Shown: in pieces, positions 36,011-49,498 of the stretch
Position numbering within the stretch: the first letter of the stretch is position 1
How the letters are laid out: the number at the start of each line of letters is the position of its first letter
Origin: Podospora anserina
Lineage: Eukaryota
Length of the DNA: 64,000 bases
NCBI GenBank assembly: GCA_017654855.1
Contig: CM030332.1
Coordinates: 2,976,001 to 3,040,000, forward strand
Reading direction: 5' to 3'
Made by a program: the position numbers and the translations under genes
The notes under the pieces: generated by a model
What the model was told of the DNA's origin: nothing
Seen by the model: the letters and a program-made list of their open reading frames with translations, nothing else
The model's database searches: none

Positions 36011-39000
36011 TGTGCTGTCTCGGGCTCGACCAGGTCTGAGAACGCCTGATCAGCAACGGTACAACTTGAGATGTGTGATGAGAGTAAATGTTGATTCGGG
36101 GAAACTCACCAGAGATGAGCTGAAGAGAGCGAGAGGTGATCACGGCTGGGGGTATTGAGTTTGTTTAAAAAGCTGTGTTGCAGTGGTGGCGAGATGGTGA
36201 ATAATTTGCTGGCTGACTGGCGGAACCCACGACGAAAGGTGATGAAGAGTCGCAGTGCTGTTCCCAGGAGAAGGACGGGCGTGGTCGGTGATACAGAGCC
36301 TTGATCACTTGCTCATGACGGACATTTCAGTGGGTCTGACAAGGGGAGTGCAGAGCGGAGATGTCGATGTGGTCGGAGGGAAATTGGTGGTGGCCGTCAG
36401 ACGGGTTGCTCCTCAGGGTCTCATGAAGATGATCGAGTTTGTCTCTGCCACACGCTTGTCCGAAGGCCACCTCGAGTTTCTCGAACACGGTGAAACCAAA
36501 AGTCGATAGAAGTCTGAGACCTGGCAGGGCTACTTATGGTCGTAAAAGGGAAGAGGATCGAGCATCAACGGAGGCGGGTTCGGTGGGTGATATGCTTCTC
36601 GAATCTCCTGGCCGACCTTCCGGCACCGTTGGACCGCAGCCAATCCCACGGGGTTTCACCGACAGTGGGAGGGGCACGAGACGAGGGGAGGCCGAAAGAG
36701 AAGCAGGAATTTTGAGACGAAAGGCTTTCGCGTCTACGTATGCCAGGAAAAGAAGAAGAAAGAGCACATCACCAGTCCAGGCTAGTGTGGCGGATGCAGG
36801 AGGGCGGAGGTCGCTCTTTCCTTCCGAGAGGCTCGACGTTTGCAGGAGTAGGGACGACTGGATATTTAAGCCAACCTTTTTTTTTTTTTTTTTTTGCTTG
36901 CTTCTGGCTCTATAATCAGCTGGAGGCTGGATTTGACATTGGCTCGTCTGAGACCTCGTTGGTGAATTCAAGAGGGGAAAGAAACCTAGGGTCTGGATCC
37001 AGGGAGGAGGAGGTCGAGATCAAAGATCAAAACCAGCTCTAAGGGGAGGACAAACACGGCACAAAGGGTGGGTTGTCACGAAAGAGTAACCTAAACTGAT
37101 GGATCTCAAGCTGCAAGTGATCCATCTACCCATGTCGTCCATCCCAACCTTTGAGAGCATATCAAGCCCTCCTCCCAAGCCTCCCCTCCCGTGGTGCCCT
37201 TCGGCCCGGCAGATGGGGGTCATTGCATCCCTGTACAACCTCTCTCTCCCTGACTCTCAACCAGCAAGACAACCCCCATGTTTGGCCATCGATGGTGGAC
37301 ACTGTGTTGCGGCAGATCGGCTCATGAATACATCATCCTCCAGCCCATGTCCAGATGCCTGTTTTCATGATCCGTCTCTGTCAACTCCCACGCTCGAGTG
37401 GCAAGAAAGGAAGCCGTCCAGCTTGGCCAAGGTTTATACGGAAGAAGCGATGCTGAAAAAGCAATATCAACGACGACAAAACAGGCAGTGTTGCGAGCGG
37501 GAGAGAGGGGACCTGGATGGACGGCGACGAAAACAGAAGTTGGGATATCGGCGCACAGACGCTGACTGGGAACGTTAACAACGGTTGAGGTCCGTCCCCC
37601 TCCAGGGATCACATCAAGGGCAACATGCACCGTCGCATCGCGGGGGGGGGGTGATTGAAAAGATCACATTGGCGGTGACTTCCTTTTCCCATCTCTCCTC
37701 TTTCCCAATTCCGCTTTATGAGAGGGCCAGCCCCCCGTCAAGACCTGTCAGCCGTGCCGCAACTGCTACGAGCCAGGATTCGACCCCACCCAGAGAGGGC
37801 CTTCTCAACCCTGCCCCCGCCCCAATTTTTCAACTTCAGGGTAGCATTCTGGCGAGAGCCGCCTTGGATTTCGTCCGAACTCGACATCACATCACCACCC
37901 ACTCCCACACTCCTTTTCCCGACACCGGCACTCGACGTCTCGAGAATTCCGACATCTCAACCTCTTGCATAATGCGGTGAGAGAGTCCCAGGGCTTTTGT
38001 GCTGCCTGCATTGCGGCCTGCCTGGTTACGGCCGCGTATGGTTGATGATGAGGGGGACAGTTTCCTCCTGTCTTGAACATCGGCAGCCCCCTCTACCTAC
38101 CTATCCTCAAAGTTTTTTTGTTTGTCGCTGCCCTGTTGCAAAGCGGCGGAGATCGACAATGCATGACAGCAAGGCTGCTTGTGCTAATGTAGGTCTTTCA
38201 GCGCCATTTGCTCCCCGCTCCAATCATCCCTTCGTAGCCATCACTTCTCAGATCTCAGTAGACAGCCAGAGTTGACCCTTGGCTAGCCACCACTTGCATC
38301 TGTCATTTTGACAGCCAGCTCTAGCTTCTTGACAGCATTTTCAGCTGGGGGTTTCCTGGTCATGAGGATCGATCTCCAGGATCCTGGTATCTCAAAAATC
38401 CCCCGATCACGATGGCTCCCCACGACATCTCAAGCTCGGATCTGGCTTTTGACTCTCAATCCTGGGCTAGTGCCATTGGATCATTGAGGGGTCGAACGGC
38501 GTGCTGCTGTAATAAGTGCAAACAATGGGTTTATACTTTTCGCTTGACACAGTATACCGGAGCGTGCATGGGTTTGATGCAGTTTTCTTCTTTTCCTCCT
38601 ATTGCATTACCTTTCACAACCTGCTGGCCATACATGTGGTCATAATCATCCTCACGTATCGGGTCAACCCCCGAGCAGCACCGTGACGCGTGTGTTGCTG
38701 TAGCTTCCCTTGTGGTTGGGCGATCCAACATAGGATATCCTCTCGGCCCGGCCCCCAGTGGTCGAGAACATTTACCGACCCTCCTACTGGCAGAGTCTGG
38801 AGTCACTCGTTGCCTCTGATGTCAACAATGACGGACCCAGAGCGGCCCGGAAGTGAATCCGCTGGCTTGTTAGCGTCTTGCTTTAAGATGTGAGAAGCCA
38901 GCTTCCGCGGTTGGCGAGGACCCCCACTGGCTAGAGTGTGTCCTATACGCATACAGGATCTTGACAGCTTTGGGCCTCGCGTACACAGCAGCAGCATTGC

Positions 39001-40830
39001 ATCCCGTTCACTTACAGCTGCTTCAGGCACGAGGCTACACAATGTCACACTGGGACGCAGCAACTAGCGGCGCTGGCGGCGGTGGCGAAGGGACATACTC
39101 GCACCGCCTTGGTTCTCTGTTGCAGTTGGAAACGTGCCAGGACCTGGTGTATCACCTTGCCCCCGGGACTCTGGGACTTTTGTCTCGAGAGTCATTTATC
39201 CTCTGGGCCTCCGAAAGGGTTGTCTCGGACCCAGCTATGACGCTGGACGCTGGAAAGGCCGGTTTGCCCCAGCCAATCGCTCGGTCGGGACTCGAAAGAA
39301 AAAGCAACAAGGAGACTTGACCGAGGTGCCGTAGCGTCGGGTCAAAGACGAAAATGCTCACTCACGCACGGTGAGGAAAAACACCCAGACCGGGTCGTCC
39401 TTTTGCTTGTGGATTCGGGGTTGCTGGGGAGCGAGCCTCTGTATGTCACAGTGTGTGGTCGAGCGAGCCGAGGCTGCGAGTATCCGGTGTCAGTCAAAGT
39501 ATGTCCCTTTCCTCCTGTTGTCATGCCGTCGACCTCGAATACGATGATATGATAACCGCGAGACTTGGGGCTGAGAAAACGACAGAAGCTGTACGCCCGT
39601 AACCACCTGAGGGAGAGACGCTCGAAAAGCTAATTCCTTGGCTGTTGGGTATTGTGTTACTCTCACTTCTCACCATGTTGCTGTCAAAACAGCAGAAAGC
39701 GTCCGCCACAGTGTGGGATGGACAAGCAGCACACGCAGTTGTGGCTGCGAGTACCTACCTGAATGTGCTCGACTAGACACAGCCCCCCAGCACACACGCG
39801 CGCTTGACCATTAGGAGAATTCCGCGCATAATAATATTTTTCATGCTGTTTCTCGTAGATTCCTTGCTTAAAAATTCCAAGCAGCTGGACGGTTCTATAG
39901 TGGAGGATATCACGGCCTTGCCAGTTGGCACAGTTCCTCTACCTACATCCAATGATGAGGATTTCCGTGTGTGTGGGATTTCCGGTCCCAGCAGCGGCAG
40001 CAGCGGCAACCGGCACACCACGGCTGAGAAAAATGGGAGGAGGTGAGGTAAAGTAAGATAATGTACTGCCTGTCGCTTCCCGCGAGAGGAGCCCCCCCGT
40101 TATCTACCGACCTCACTCAGATCCAACCCCTTGGACGCTGGGTGATAATGGGCGGCGGCCCGTTTTGACCTGGAGCGGAACGGGGAGAGGGGATCGTACA
40201 GGTGCCGCACGGAGGTTTTTATGTACGAAGGGGATTATCTCGATCTCGGATGCTCCCCCTTCCCCAAGATATTGGTGAGTATATGTGTCCAAGCGTGCTC
40301 ATGATATATTTACATTTCGGTCTAATATATTCTTTGTGCTCTTTTCTTCTTTCTTCTACTCTATACGGTTGTCTGGGGAATGGCTTCATAGCAATGCCCA
40401 TATCCGAGATCTTGGGGTCTCAACACCCCTCACAAGTTTTTTTTTTCACTTTCTTTTCTTTGCGGAAATGTTTCATGTTACGCCATGTTGTAGATTAGAG
40501 TAGAGCATGGTAGACATGAACACGTAAGCCCCGTTTTGTACTGTTTCGTTGTCAATCTTTCTTTATTCCCATCTTGATTATCATTATCGCCCAGAAAAGA
40601 GAGAGAGAGAACGTCATAAACTTCATCCACACCTTCCCTATGGTGGTGGTCTCTGAAAACGGGATCATCGCCCAGACGGCATCCTACATAATCACCCCTT
40701 TTTTCCCCCTTCGCCTCCTCGCGCATATGCGGGATATCTAATGCGAGGGGCCGCGGGTCGCGCCCGACGCACAGGTATGGTACATGCTTAATGCTGCCGG
40801 TAAAGGGAAAGAAGGGGGGAAGAGGAAAAC

Positions 40831-42310
40831 TCAGAGTTTGGAAACATCCTCATCCACCTCCCCAAAAATGTTCAGAAAGGCGGTATGCACCTCATCAGTG
40901 AGGTCACTGGCCTGAAGGCTGCGGCCTCTTTTGGCAAAGGCAAGGCGGGAGCATTCCTACATGGCTTTTCGTCAGCGCTTGTTCATCTAGAAGCAGGATA
41001 TCTTTCATATCCTCAAAAAGAAAAAAGAAAAAAGCACTCACCCTCGTAATCACACTCCCGCCAAAAACCGCCAACCCCGCCGTCTCCTCCTCCTTCATCT
41101 TGTGTTTAACATCCCACAACCCCTCATGATAAGCCTTCCTCCACCCCAAAAAAGTAGCAATACTCCCCGTGAGCGTATCCCCCTGCCCACCACTCCTCTT
41201 CTTCCCGCCCTCCAAGTCAACACTATACGTTACTGTCCCGTTGCTGAGGTGATCTTTTCCCCCCTTTTGCAAAACCATCACCCCTCCCAACTCCCTAGCC
41301 AACCGTTCCACTCTATCTGTCTCCTTGCCCTCCTTTGCCACCTCCTTCTCTATATTCAGTGCCTTGGCCAGTCTCTCAAACTCAACTACGTTGGGGGTGA
41401 GGACAGCCTCTTGGTAACCCCTTACAAGGTCGGGGTCGTTGCAGATGAGGAGGAGGGCGTCAGCGTCGAGGACCATGGGTATGTTTTGTTTCTTTGCCGC
41501 TTGGATGACCAAAGCAACGGTTTTTTGCATGAGGGGGTCACGGCCTAAGCCGGGGCCGATGACGAGGACATGGAGGCGGGAGAGGAGGGGGATGATTCTC
41601 GAGGCGATTTCGGAGGGGTCGGTGTCGTGTTTGCTGGCGGTGGAGGGGTCGCTGTCCTCGCCGGCGGGTTTGGCGGGGGAGGAAGGGAGGGAGCGCATCA
41701 GGGGGTGGACCATTAGGTTGGGGGAGTAGGTTTTGATTACGGTTGCTGCGGTGGGAGTGCAGATTACATGGGACTGTAAGGGTCATGGTGCTTAGTAAAG
41801 TGTATATGGAGGTGTGAGGGTATATCTTCATGGTGGTCAGTCCCCAAAAGCAGGGCGAGGTAGGGTGAAGATCTCAAGGTGATGTTCAAAGGGAGTAGTT
41901 AAAGATAGAAGATGAAGAAACACATACCAAATCACACCCCAACCTAGCACTCGCCATAGCAGAAAAGTACGGCGCCCCCGTGTAATCCTCACTCCCGCCG
42001 ATCACGGCTACTCTTCCCATCTGCCCTGTATTCTCATTCATCAGCATGTCTTCTTTAACTCTCCCTACTCTCCTCACCCCCAATATCTCACCCTCCCTAC
42101 CTCAACCTCCACGAGGAGGTAAAACAGACAGATAACGGTAAACGTGGAAATAATAAACCAAATCGAATGTAGGGACAGAAAACAACAGTCTCACTCACCC
42201 TTATGAAACCTCTCCAACATAGGCGGAATCAACTGCCTCACCCTCCCCAAAATCTCCTTCGTAGCAGAAGACATACTGGCTTCGCTATTCGGGGTTCCAC
42301 TGCTGCTCAT
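40831..42310 (-). CDS. NNR2: ATP-dependent NAD(P)H-hydrate dehydratase (YjeF C-terminal / Nnr2)
   Basis: [60 protein letters not shown]. Four exons; the last (40831-40956) ends DVSKL*. Confidence 0.92.
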
Positions 42311-42708
42311 CTCTACACCTCCATGTTAACCCCCTAACCTCAAAAAACAACACTAGCATAAGATGGATAAGATGGGATGAACCTCTCTCTCTTTGCCTCG
42401 AATGAGGGGCAAGAGCTTGCTTACCTCCTTGCAATTTGGAGCCGTTGTTGAATCAGGAACAAACTACTCGTGGTCTCAACTCAAATGTGTCTCAGTCGGT
42501 AAATCATTTAATTCAATGCGGCTGCAATGAGTGAAAGATCGTATTGGTGATTGTCAAATTGGTTGCAAGTTCTGGTGTAAATTGACGTTCGTTCGCCAAG
42601 GACCCATCATGATGTCACCGAAGTACCCAGTGGAGGGGGTTCGGGCGGTTGCTCCTAGCTCCCGTGCCCCACATCCATATCATCATCAAAGCACAAAACC
42701 ACCAAGTC

Positions 42709-43061
42709 ATGGAAGACTGTCGTCCTGAAAAGGCGATGAAGGCAAATCAAGGTGTTTTGAGAGATAGTTGATAGGCGTTTAAACATCGCTGGGATGCCTT
42801 CAATAATGCTAAATGGGCCTTATAGTGTTATCATGAGACCTTCAAACATAATCAGCAGGCCTTGAATATTTATTAATACGCATTGAAAGATAGTTTTTTT
42901 TTTCTTTTTGGGATGCCTTGAAAGATAGTCAAGAGGCCTTAAATATGAATGAGCAGGCCTCAAATATGTATCAGTAAGCCTTGAAACGTAATCAAATGGC
43001 CTTACGACATAGCCAAGAGATGTTTCTGTTACTTTTCAAGGCCTTGAAAGGACGTAGCATT
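42709..43061 (+). pseudogene. Degenerate 21-bp tandem array encoding heptad repeats (RIP-like stops, poly-T frameshift)
   Basis: Units starting GCC TT(G/A/C)-like every 21 nt at 42733-42880 and 42915-43041. Translation AMKANQG VLRDS** AFKHRWD AFNNAKW AL*CYHE TFKHNQQ ALNIY*Y ... ALKDSQE ALNMNEQ ASNMYQ* ALKRNQM ALRHSQE. Confidence 0.6.
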
Positions 43062-43352
43062 CTCCATTCTCATATTCACAACATATCAGGCAAACAGCCT
43101 AGGGACAGTTCGTGTATCATATTCAATGACAAAAGGAATCGAGTGCTTGATTGAGTCTTAACGCTCTATTTTACAATGGTTTTCACCGGAGAAAATCTCC
43201 CCTCCTGACGGGTCCTTTTCTCAGTCAAGCACCCTTTTGAGACGGAACACCTGCTCTAGAAACACATGGACTCGGCGGTATAGACACCCCTCCCCTTTCC
43301 CTCACTGATGGCCCCAGGAACTCCGCGACGTAACGTTTTATATTATGTGCAT

Positions 43353-45651
43353 TTAACCGAGGAAGCCCTTGGTGAAGGTGGAGATGACGTCCTTCAGTCT
43401 AGCCTCAAGGTCCTTGCTGATGGCACCCTCCTTCTCGATGGTGGCAAGGAGGTCAGCCTCGTTGGTCTTGAGGTGAGAGAGGAAGTCAGCCTCCCACTGG
43501 AGGATCTTGGCAACGGGGACCTGGTCGAGGAAACCGTTGACACCGGCGAAGATAAGGGGAACCATCTCGTTGACGGCCATGGGGGAGTACTGCTTCTGCT
43601 TGAGGAGCTCGGTCAACTGTAGGATAGTGTTAGTCAGCTGTATTCTATTCTCAAAAATTGAGTAAACCTACGCGTTCACCACGGTTGAGGGTCTGCTTGG
43701 TGGCGGCATCAAGATCGGAACCGAACTGGGCGAAGGCAGCGACCTCACGGTACTGGGCCAAGAAGAGCTTGAGCGAACCAGCGACTTGCTTCATGGCCTT
43801 GAGTTGGGCAGCGGAACCGACACGAGAGACGGAAAGACCGACGTTGATGGCGGGACGGATACCCTTGTAGAAAAGCTCAGCCTCCAAGAAGATCTGACCG
43901 TCAGTGATGGAAATGACGTTGGTAGGAATGTAGGCAGACACATCACCACCCTGGGTCTCAATGACGGGAAGGGCAGTCATGGAACCACCACCGTGCTTGT
44001 CGTTCATCTTGGCAGCACGCTCGAGGAGACGAGAGTGGAGGTAGAAAACGTCACCGGGGTAGGCCTCACGTCCGGGGGGACGACGGAGAAGAAGGGACAT
44101 CTGACGGTAAGCAACGGCCTGCTTGGACAGATCGTCGAAGATGACGAGAGAGTGCTTGCCGTTGTCACGGAACCACTCGCCGATGGAAGCGCCGGTGAAG
44201 GGTGCCAAATATTGAAGCGGCTGGATTTTTCTGTCAGTAGAGAAGCCTCAAGAGCGAGAGAGGACGTGGGAGAAAGGGGGGAAAGGGGTTGAGGGTTGGG
44301 GGTTGTTGATGATGGTTAGGGTTGGGTTTTTGGGGGAGACATACAGCAGCCTCGGAGGCGGTGGCGGCGACGACGATGGAGTACTTCATGGCGTCGTTCT
44401 CCTCGAGGGTCTTGACGAGCTGGGCGACGGTGGAGCGCTTCTGGCCGACGGCGACGTAGATGCAGTAAAGCTTCTTGGTCTCGTCGTTGCCGCTGTTCCA
44501 CCGCTTCTGGTTGAGCATGGCATCGAGAGCGACGGCAGTCTTGCCGGTCTGACGATCACCAATGATCAACTCACGCTGACCACGACCAATGGGGACCATG
44601 GCGTCGATGGACTTGAGACCAGTCTGCACGGGCTGGTTGACGGACTTGCGGGGAAGAATGCCGGGGGCCTTGAGCTGGGCACGACGCTTCTCCTTGGTGT
44701 TGATGGGGCCCTTGCCATCGATGGGGTTGCCGAGAGCATCGACGACACGGCCGAGAAGCTCGGGCCCGACGGGAACGTCGACAATTTCGCCGGTACGCTT
44801 GACGGTCTCGCCCTCCTTGACAAGACGATCAGAACCGAAAAGCACGACACCGACCTGGCCGGCCTCCAAGTTCATGCACATGCCCTTGACGCCAGAGGCG
44901 AACCTAACAGGGGTGTTAGTTCGATATCCGGGATATCAAAAAGCACGGATCAAGGTTTTTCTCAACGTACTCGACAAGCTCCTCAGCCTGGACATTGGCC
45001 ATGCCGTGCACACGGGCGATACCATCACTATTCAGGGACTCGGGTCAGTGTCTATGTTCGCTATTACGGTTTGAGCGGTGAACGCGGGGGGTCCAAGATG
45101 AGGCCGTAGCAACACAAGCTTCGCTGTTTGCTCCCGTCCTCGTCCCAGCCATGCCACCGCCAAGCCCCTCATGTATTTCTGGAAAAAACGTACCCGACGG
45201 AGAGGACACGACCGGTCTCGGCGAGGTTGGACTCCTCCTGGACACCGCGGATTCTCTGCTCGAGGATGGAAGAGACCTCAGTCGGGGAGGCCTTGGCCTC
45301 GGCGAAGGTGCGGGCCTGGATGGCAGCGGGTGCGGCATTTCGCTGTGGACGGACCAGTTAGCCAACCGAAGACCGAGAGGGGCGCAAAAACAGTGAGCAT
45401 AATTGTGTGAGGTGCCCATTGCCCATCGCGCACCGGTCCTAATGCCCCGGCGGCATAACAAAAAAGCTTCATGAAGCTCGCCGACAGCCGGCCGGGGACA
45501 TTGAGATTGATTCGGGGCGTCGAGGGATGGAATTGGGATCGGGTCGGCCGGGCGGAGAGAGGTGATGTGTGCTACTAACCACAGCGAGTCTGCTGGTGGC
45601 AGAGAGAGCGCCCACGGCGCGCGTGCTCTGTCTGAGGGCGTTCCGGAACAT
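43353..45651 (-). CDS. ATP1: Mitochondrial F1 ATP synthase alpha subunit
   Basis: Presequence [32 protein letters not shown]-loop, [22 protein letters not shown]; multiple GT-AG introns. Confidence 0.97.
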
Positions 45652-46413
45652 CCTGACGAGGTATATGGGGCCTCTTCAAAATAGGGAAAACAATTGCAAG
45701 CGGGTTGCAATTGCGTGGAGGGGAGATTTAGACGGAGAGGTTGATGGAAGATTGGAGAGCCGGCGTGAGGAAAATTGTCGAGAAGGGCTGGTTGGCCTTG
45801 GTTCCCAGCACAGAGTGGGTCAGAAGCTCCGGGGCAACCAATCAACAGACGGAGAGAATTTTGCTCAATCAAGGCTCCCGAGTTCCCCACCTGGCATCTT
45901 CAAAAACCTGAGCTGGATCGAGCTGCCCGACACAGCTCTCGCAACTACAAAAGACATGGTGGTGTAGACGAACGAAACCATGGGGTCCTTCCCTGTCAAT
46001 TCATGGCATTTTCTTCTCGTCGAGGCCAACCTGCTGTCACGCCCAAACCTCGGGGGTTCTTCCCCCCATATATCCCTCTCCTCTTACCAACGGTTGTTCA
46101 GCACCTGGTTTCCCGGGTAATCCCGGAGAATTGCAAGAAGAAGCTCTGACCAATTCCGATCCAAGCTGCCATCGACATCACACATACACACACACGGGTG
46201 TCTTCAGCCAACCACATCGACTTGGCAACACCAAAAGCTCTTGATTTCATATTGACAGGTTTACAGAAATTCTCAATCTATCAACAAAAAGCACCATTAC
46301 CCTAGGAAAAAATGCTCCAGGCATTCTAGTCATTCTTCAATATCTTCCGGCTTCAACCCCTCATGAGCCCCTCATGTCGCAATACTCGGTCTTGGCGTCC
46401 TGTCCTCAACCAG

Positions 46414-47911
46414 TCACTTAATGCTAAGCTGCTCAAAGTCACGGGAAAACATGTCAAACTCCCACTCGATAATGCCATCGTCTTGATACGTTGGCATCAA
46501 TGTCCCCGATATTTCCCGGACAGCCAGGTCGATATCCAGCGGCTCGCCGAACACACTGACGAGAAATGTTAGCATCGGCACTCAGTTATATCACAGGGTC
46601 GGAAACCTTACACCAATCGTCGGATAAAAGGGGCCGCCGACAGATCAGCTACCCTTTGCATGCAGTCTGCTACATTCTCAAAGGGTTCGCAATCCACGTC
46701 CGAGGAGGCCTTCATGTCCCGAACCCATATCGTAAAAACGGTCAAGACATCTTCCTCTTCCTCTTGGAGTAGGAACTTCTTGTCATCCTCCGAGTTCAGC
46801 TTGGGGTGGAAAATCGCCTCAAAAGTTTGTTTGGCCATTTGCGCAGCTTCCGGGTCTCTGACCCTTGGTTGTTCGGCTGCATCTGGTTCGAGGTGAAAAG
46901 CCCGGTATGCGGCCAAGAACACCGATAGTTGTTCGAGGATCTCATCCTCGGAGAACCACTCAATGGCAAGGGCAAATGAAGGGTTGACAGAATGTTCGGT
47001 TGATATGGCCTGGCAGGAGCTGTGTGACCCAAGCTGTAGTTCAGCTTGGGTATTTGTTTCTGTTTCTTTTCGTCAGCATCAGCTCTGTTGTTGCTTCCCA
47101 CTCATTGTCTCGTTCACTTACTGGTTTCGGCAATCGGAGTGTTGCCTGGGTCGATGGCAACACGAGTAGAGCCAACCAGATCAATGGTGAGCTGCTGGAT
47201 ATGCTGGAGTGACTGTCCAGTTGCCGGCTCCTGGTATTGCGCCTCAGAGTACCCCTCGTCTTCGACATCGACACCCATACTGCGCCTTGCCTTCTTAGGA
47301 CGGGGAGCGCATGGAGAACCGGGAGCGCGCTTCGACCCTGTACGGATTGGAGTGTCAGGTGTCAACGGAGGGACCTGGCCAAAGATTAAGGCCTGCATCG
47401 ACAATGTCACAGTTGGCGTGTGAGATGAAGTTGTCGCTCGGGCTGTCTCCAGAGAGTCTTCGCTCGGACGGTGGGTTTTTTCTTGATCATTGGAATCATT
47501 GGCATCAGACGCCTGGCTAGGGGTGCTCGGGGCGTCTGTGTTGCTTTCGCTCCCAAGAGTGAGAGAAGGTGGTCTGGACGGCAACAACTGCGAAAACAAA
47601 CAACCTATGCCGGTCATCGTCTGGTTGTCTGGTCCTTCCTCCAGCTCCGGAGGCGGCGTTGCAGGGGCAGAAAGCGGAACAGGAGCTGCTGAAAGCCGGC
47701 CAAACAGCCACGAGCCGCGTCTAGCTGGCTCCTCGGGCACATTCATCTCTAGACTGGTATGGCCTTCTGTGCTTGAGGTTGTCTTCGACGTGTTGGTTGA
47801 GGTCCGTTCGGGGCAGACCAGTGGGTCTGGTTTATCAACCTGCCAGTTTGTCAGAACGAAGTGTAGTGCTTGCCAATGACTACTACCAACCATTTGATTG
47901 CTGCTGGACAT
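46414..47911 (-). CDS. Hypothetical protein; C-terminal part resembles an internal segment of fungal dynamin-like/SLIP-GC GTPases
   Basis: Spliced model joins ORF 47114-47932, an exon reading FALAIEWFSEDEILEQLSVFLAAYRAFH...AKQTFEAIF...APFIRRLV, and a last exon ending ...FEQLSIK* (TGA 46414-46416). Confidence 0.55.
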
Positions 47912-49498
47912 TGCGCTGGCGGTCCTTGGCACTTGATGGCGCGGTGGGCGATGTCAGCGATGACTTCGGGGCGGGCCCCAGTGATATGATCAGAGCACTG
48001 ATGAAAAGGGGACCACGGCTGAAATGTTTTCTTTGGAGTTGCTTGACTAAGAGAAAGACAAACTTGTCTTGAATTGCGAATATTCAAGGTCTACCTTTCA
48101 CCTTTTGTGGTGAGTCTTTGTGGGCCCTCTTATATCAAAGTCCTCCGGCGGTTCCCTCCCAGACCAGAAGCCCAGAAGTCCAAATGTGTGGGGTGCATCA
48201 CAGCCAACCTCGCCGGCCTACCCACACTTGACACAAAGATTATTTTTCTTCTTTAGACTCCAAGATGGTGTCCAGCAGCCCAGTACGGATAACGGGCGGT
48301 AATTGGGACCGCCAGAGCACATGGCCTGGAACAAGGCATATGCAGCCTCTTCAGCCTCCATTTCTATTTTGCTATGGTCTTCTGCATCCCGCAATCTTGG
48401 CTTTACACCACCTCAGATCAATCTGCAGAATGAGTTTTATTGCAACTCTCAATATTTCTTCAGCCCAGGCACGCTGCATCGTGGGATCTGCCGCGAGGCT
48501 GTAGGTCGCGTCAATTGGTCGCCTATGGCGGCTGGCGCTTACCGCACAACTCCTGATTGGGGCAGTGGTCCCAACAGGCTGGACACGAACGAAGCTTCGC
48601 CGCAAAAGCAAGCCATGTGTGTTTGAGGACGTCGAGTCCCACTTGCTGAAGGGATTGGACTGGTCGGTCAAAGATGGCGGGAGCCTTCCCCGGATGGTTG
48701 GACTGTCGGGATAGGGGGGCATATCTGCTGGCCCGGCCCAAGGCTTTGGTCGCTATGGGAAGTTGATATCCAATGGATTGAGAAGAATCAGGGGTGTGAA
48801 GTCAGCATAGGAGAATGCCCTCTACGCAAGTGCAACCTGCCTGCAATTGTTTTCCCTATTTGTGTGCCATTGGCAAAAGCCCTAGAATGATCTATTGCGT
48901 GGTCGGCTGTGCTGCGGCCATGAGGGGGCTCTGACATGCGAGTCAACTCGGGAAAAGCGGGATGGGGTTCGACCCGGAATGAAGTCCCCTGTTCGGCTTC
49001 GCGGGAGGCTCCCTCCCGGCATTGGGGATGGACGGATTGTGGGTGGCCGGTGGATGGGGTCAGGTCGTTCATGTGGGGGGAGGATGAACGTAACGTTGAC
49101 TTGGCCGGTATGGAATGTCTCTTGGGGGCTGCTGATCAGCATGATGCTCGATAGTAGGTGCCAGCTGATGTTTGCCGGATGTTCAGGTTCCAAGGCAGGT
49201 GAAATGTTAGTCGATGGTATCTGACCTAGTGTGGTCCTATGCGAGTATTGGCAACTGGCCTGGTGATCTGAAGCATGATAATATTAGCCCCCCAATCACA
49301 CCACAAGTGCACAGATGGACGTGCAGTTCCTTGAAGATCCGTTCCCATAACAGCAACAGTCTAGTTCCGTGGAAGTACTATCAAAGCATGATGGTGAATT
49401 TTGTATAAAATCAAACTGCCCAACTCGTACATCCTCTAGCTGAAACACCCCCAGTCTAATAATACAACCAAGAATAGAAAACTTTATAATACAGTAAA

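Noticed and set aside
36100-40700. Many short ORFs in a 4.6-kb gene-free interval
   Set aside because: No coding bias or motifs; probably long regulatory/UTR sequence.
42733-43061. CRISPR-like interpretation of the periodic repeats
   Set aside because: Eukaryotic context, no unique spacers and no cas genes; the period equals 7 codons.
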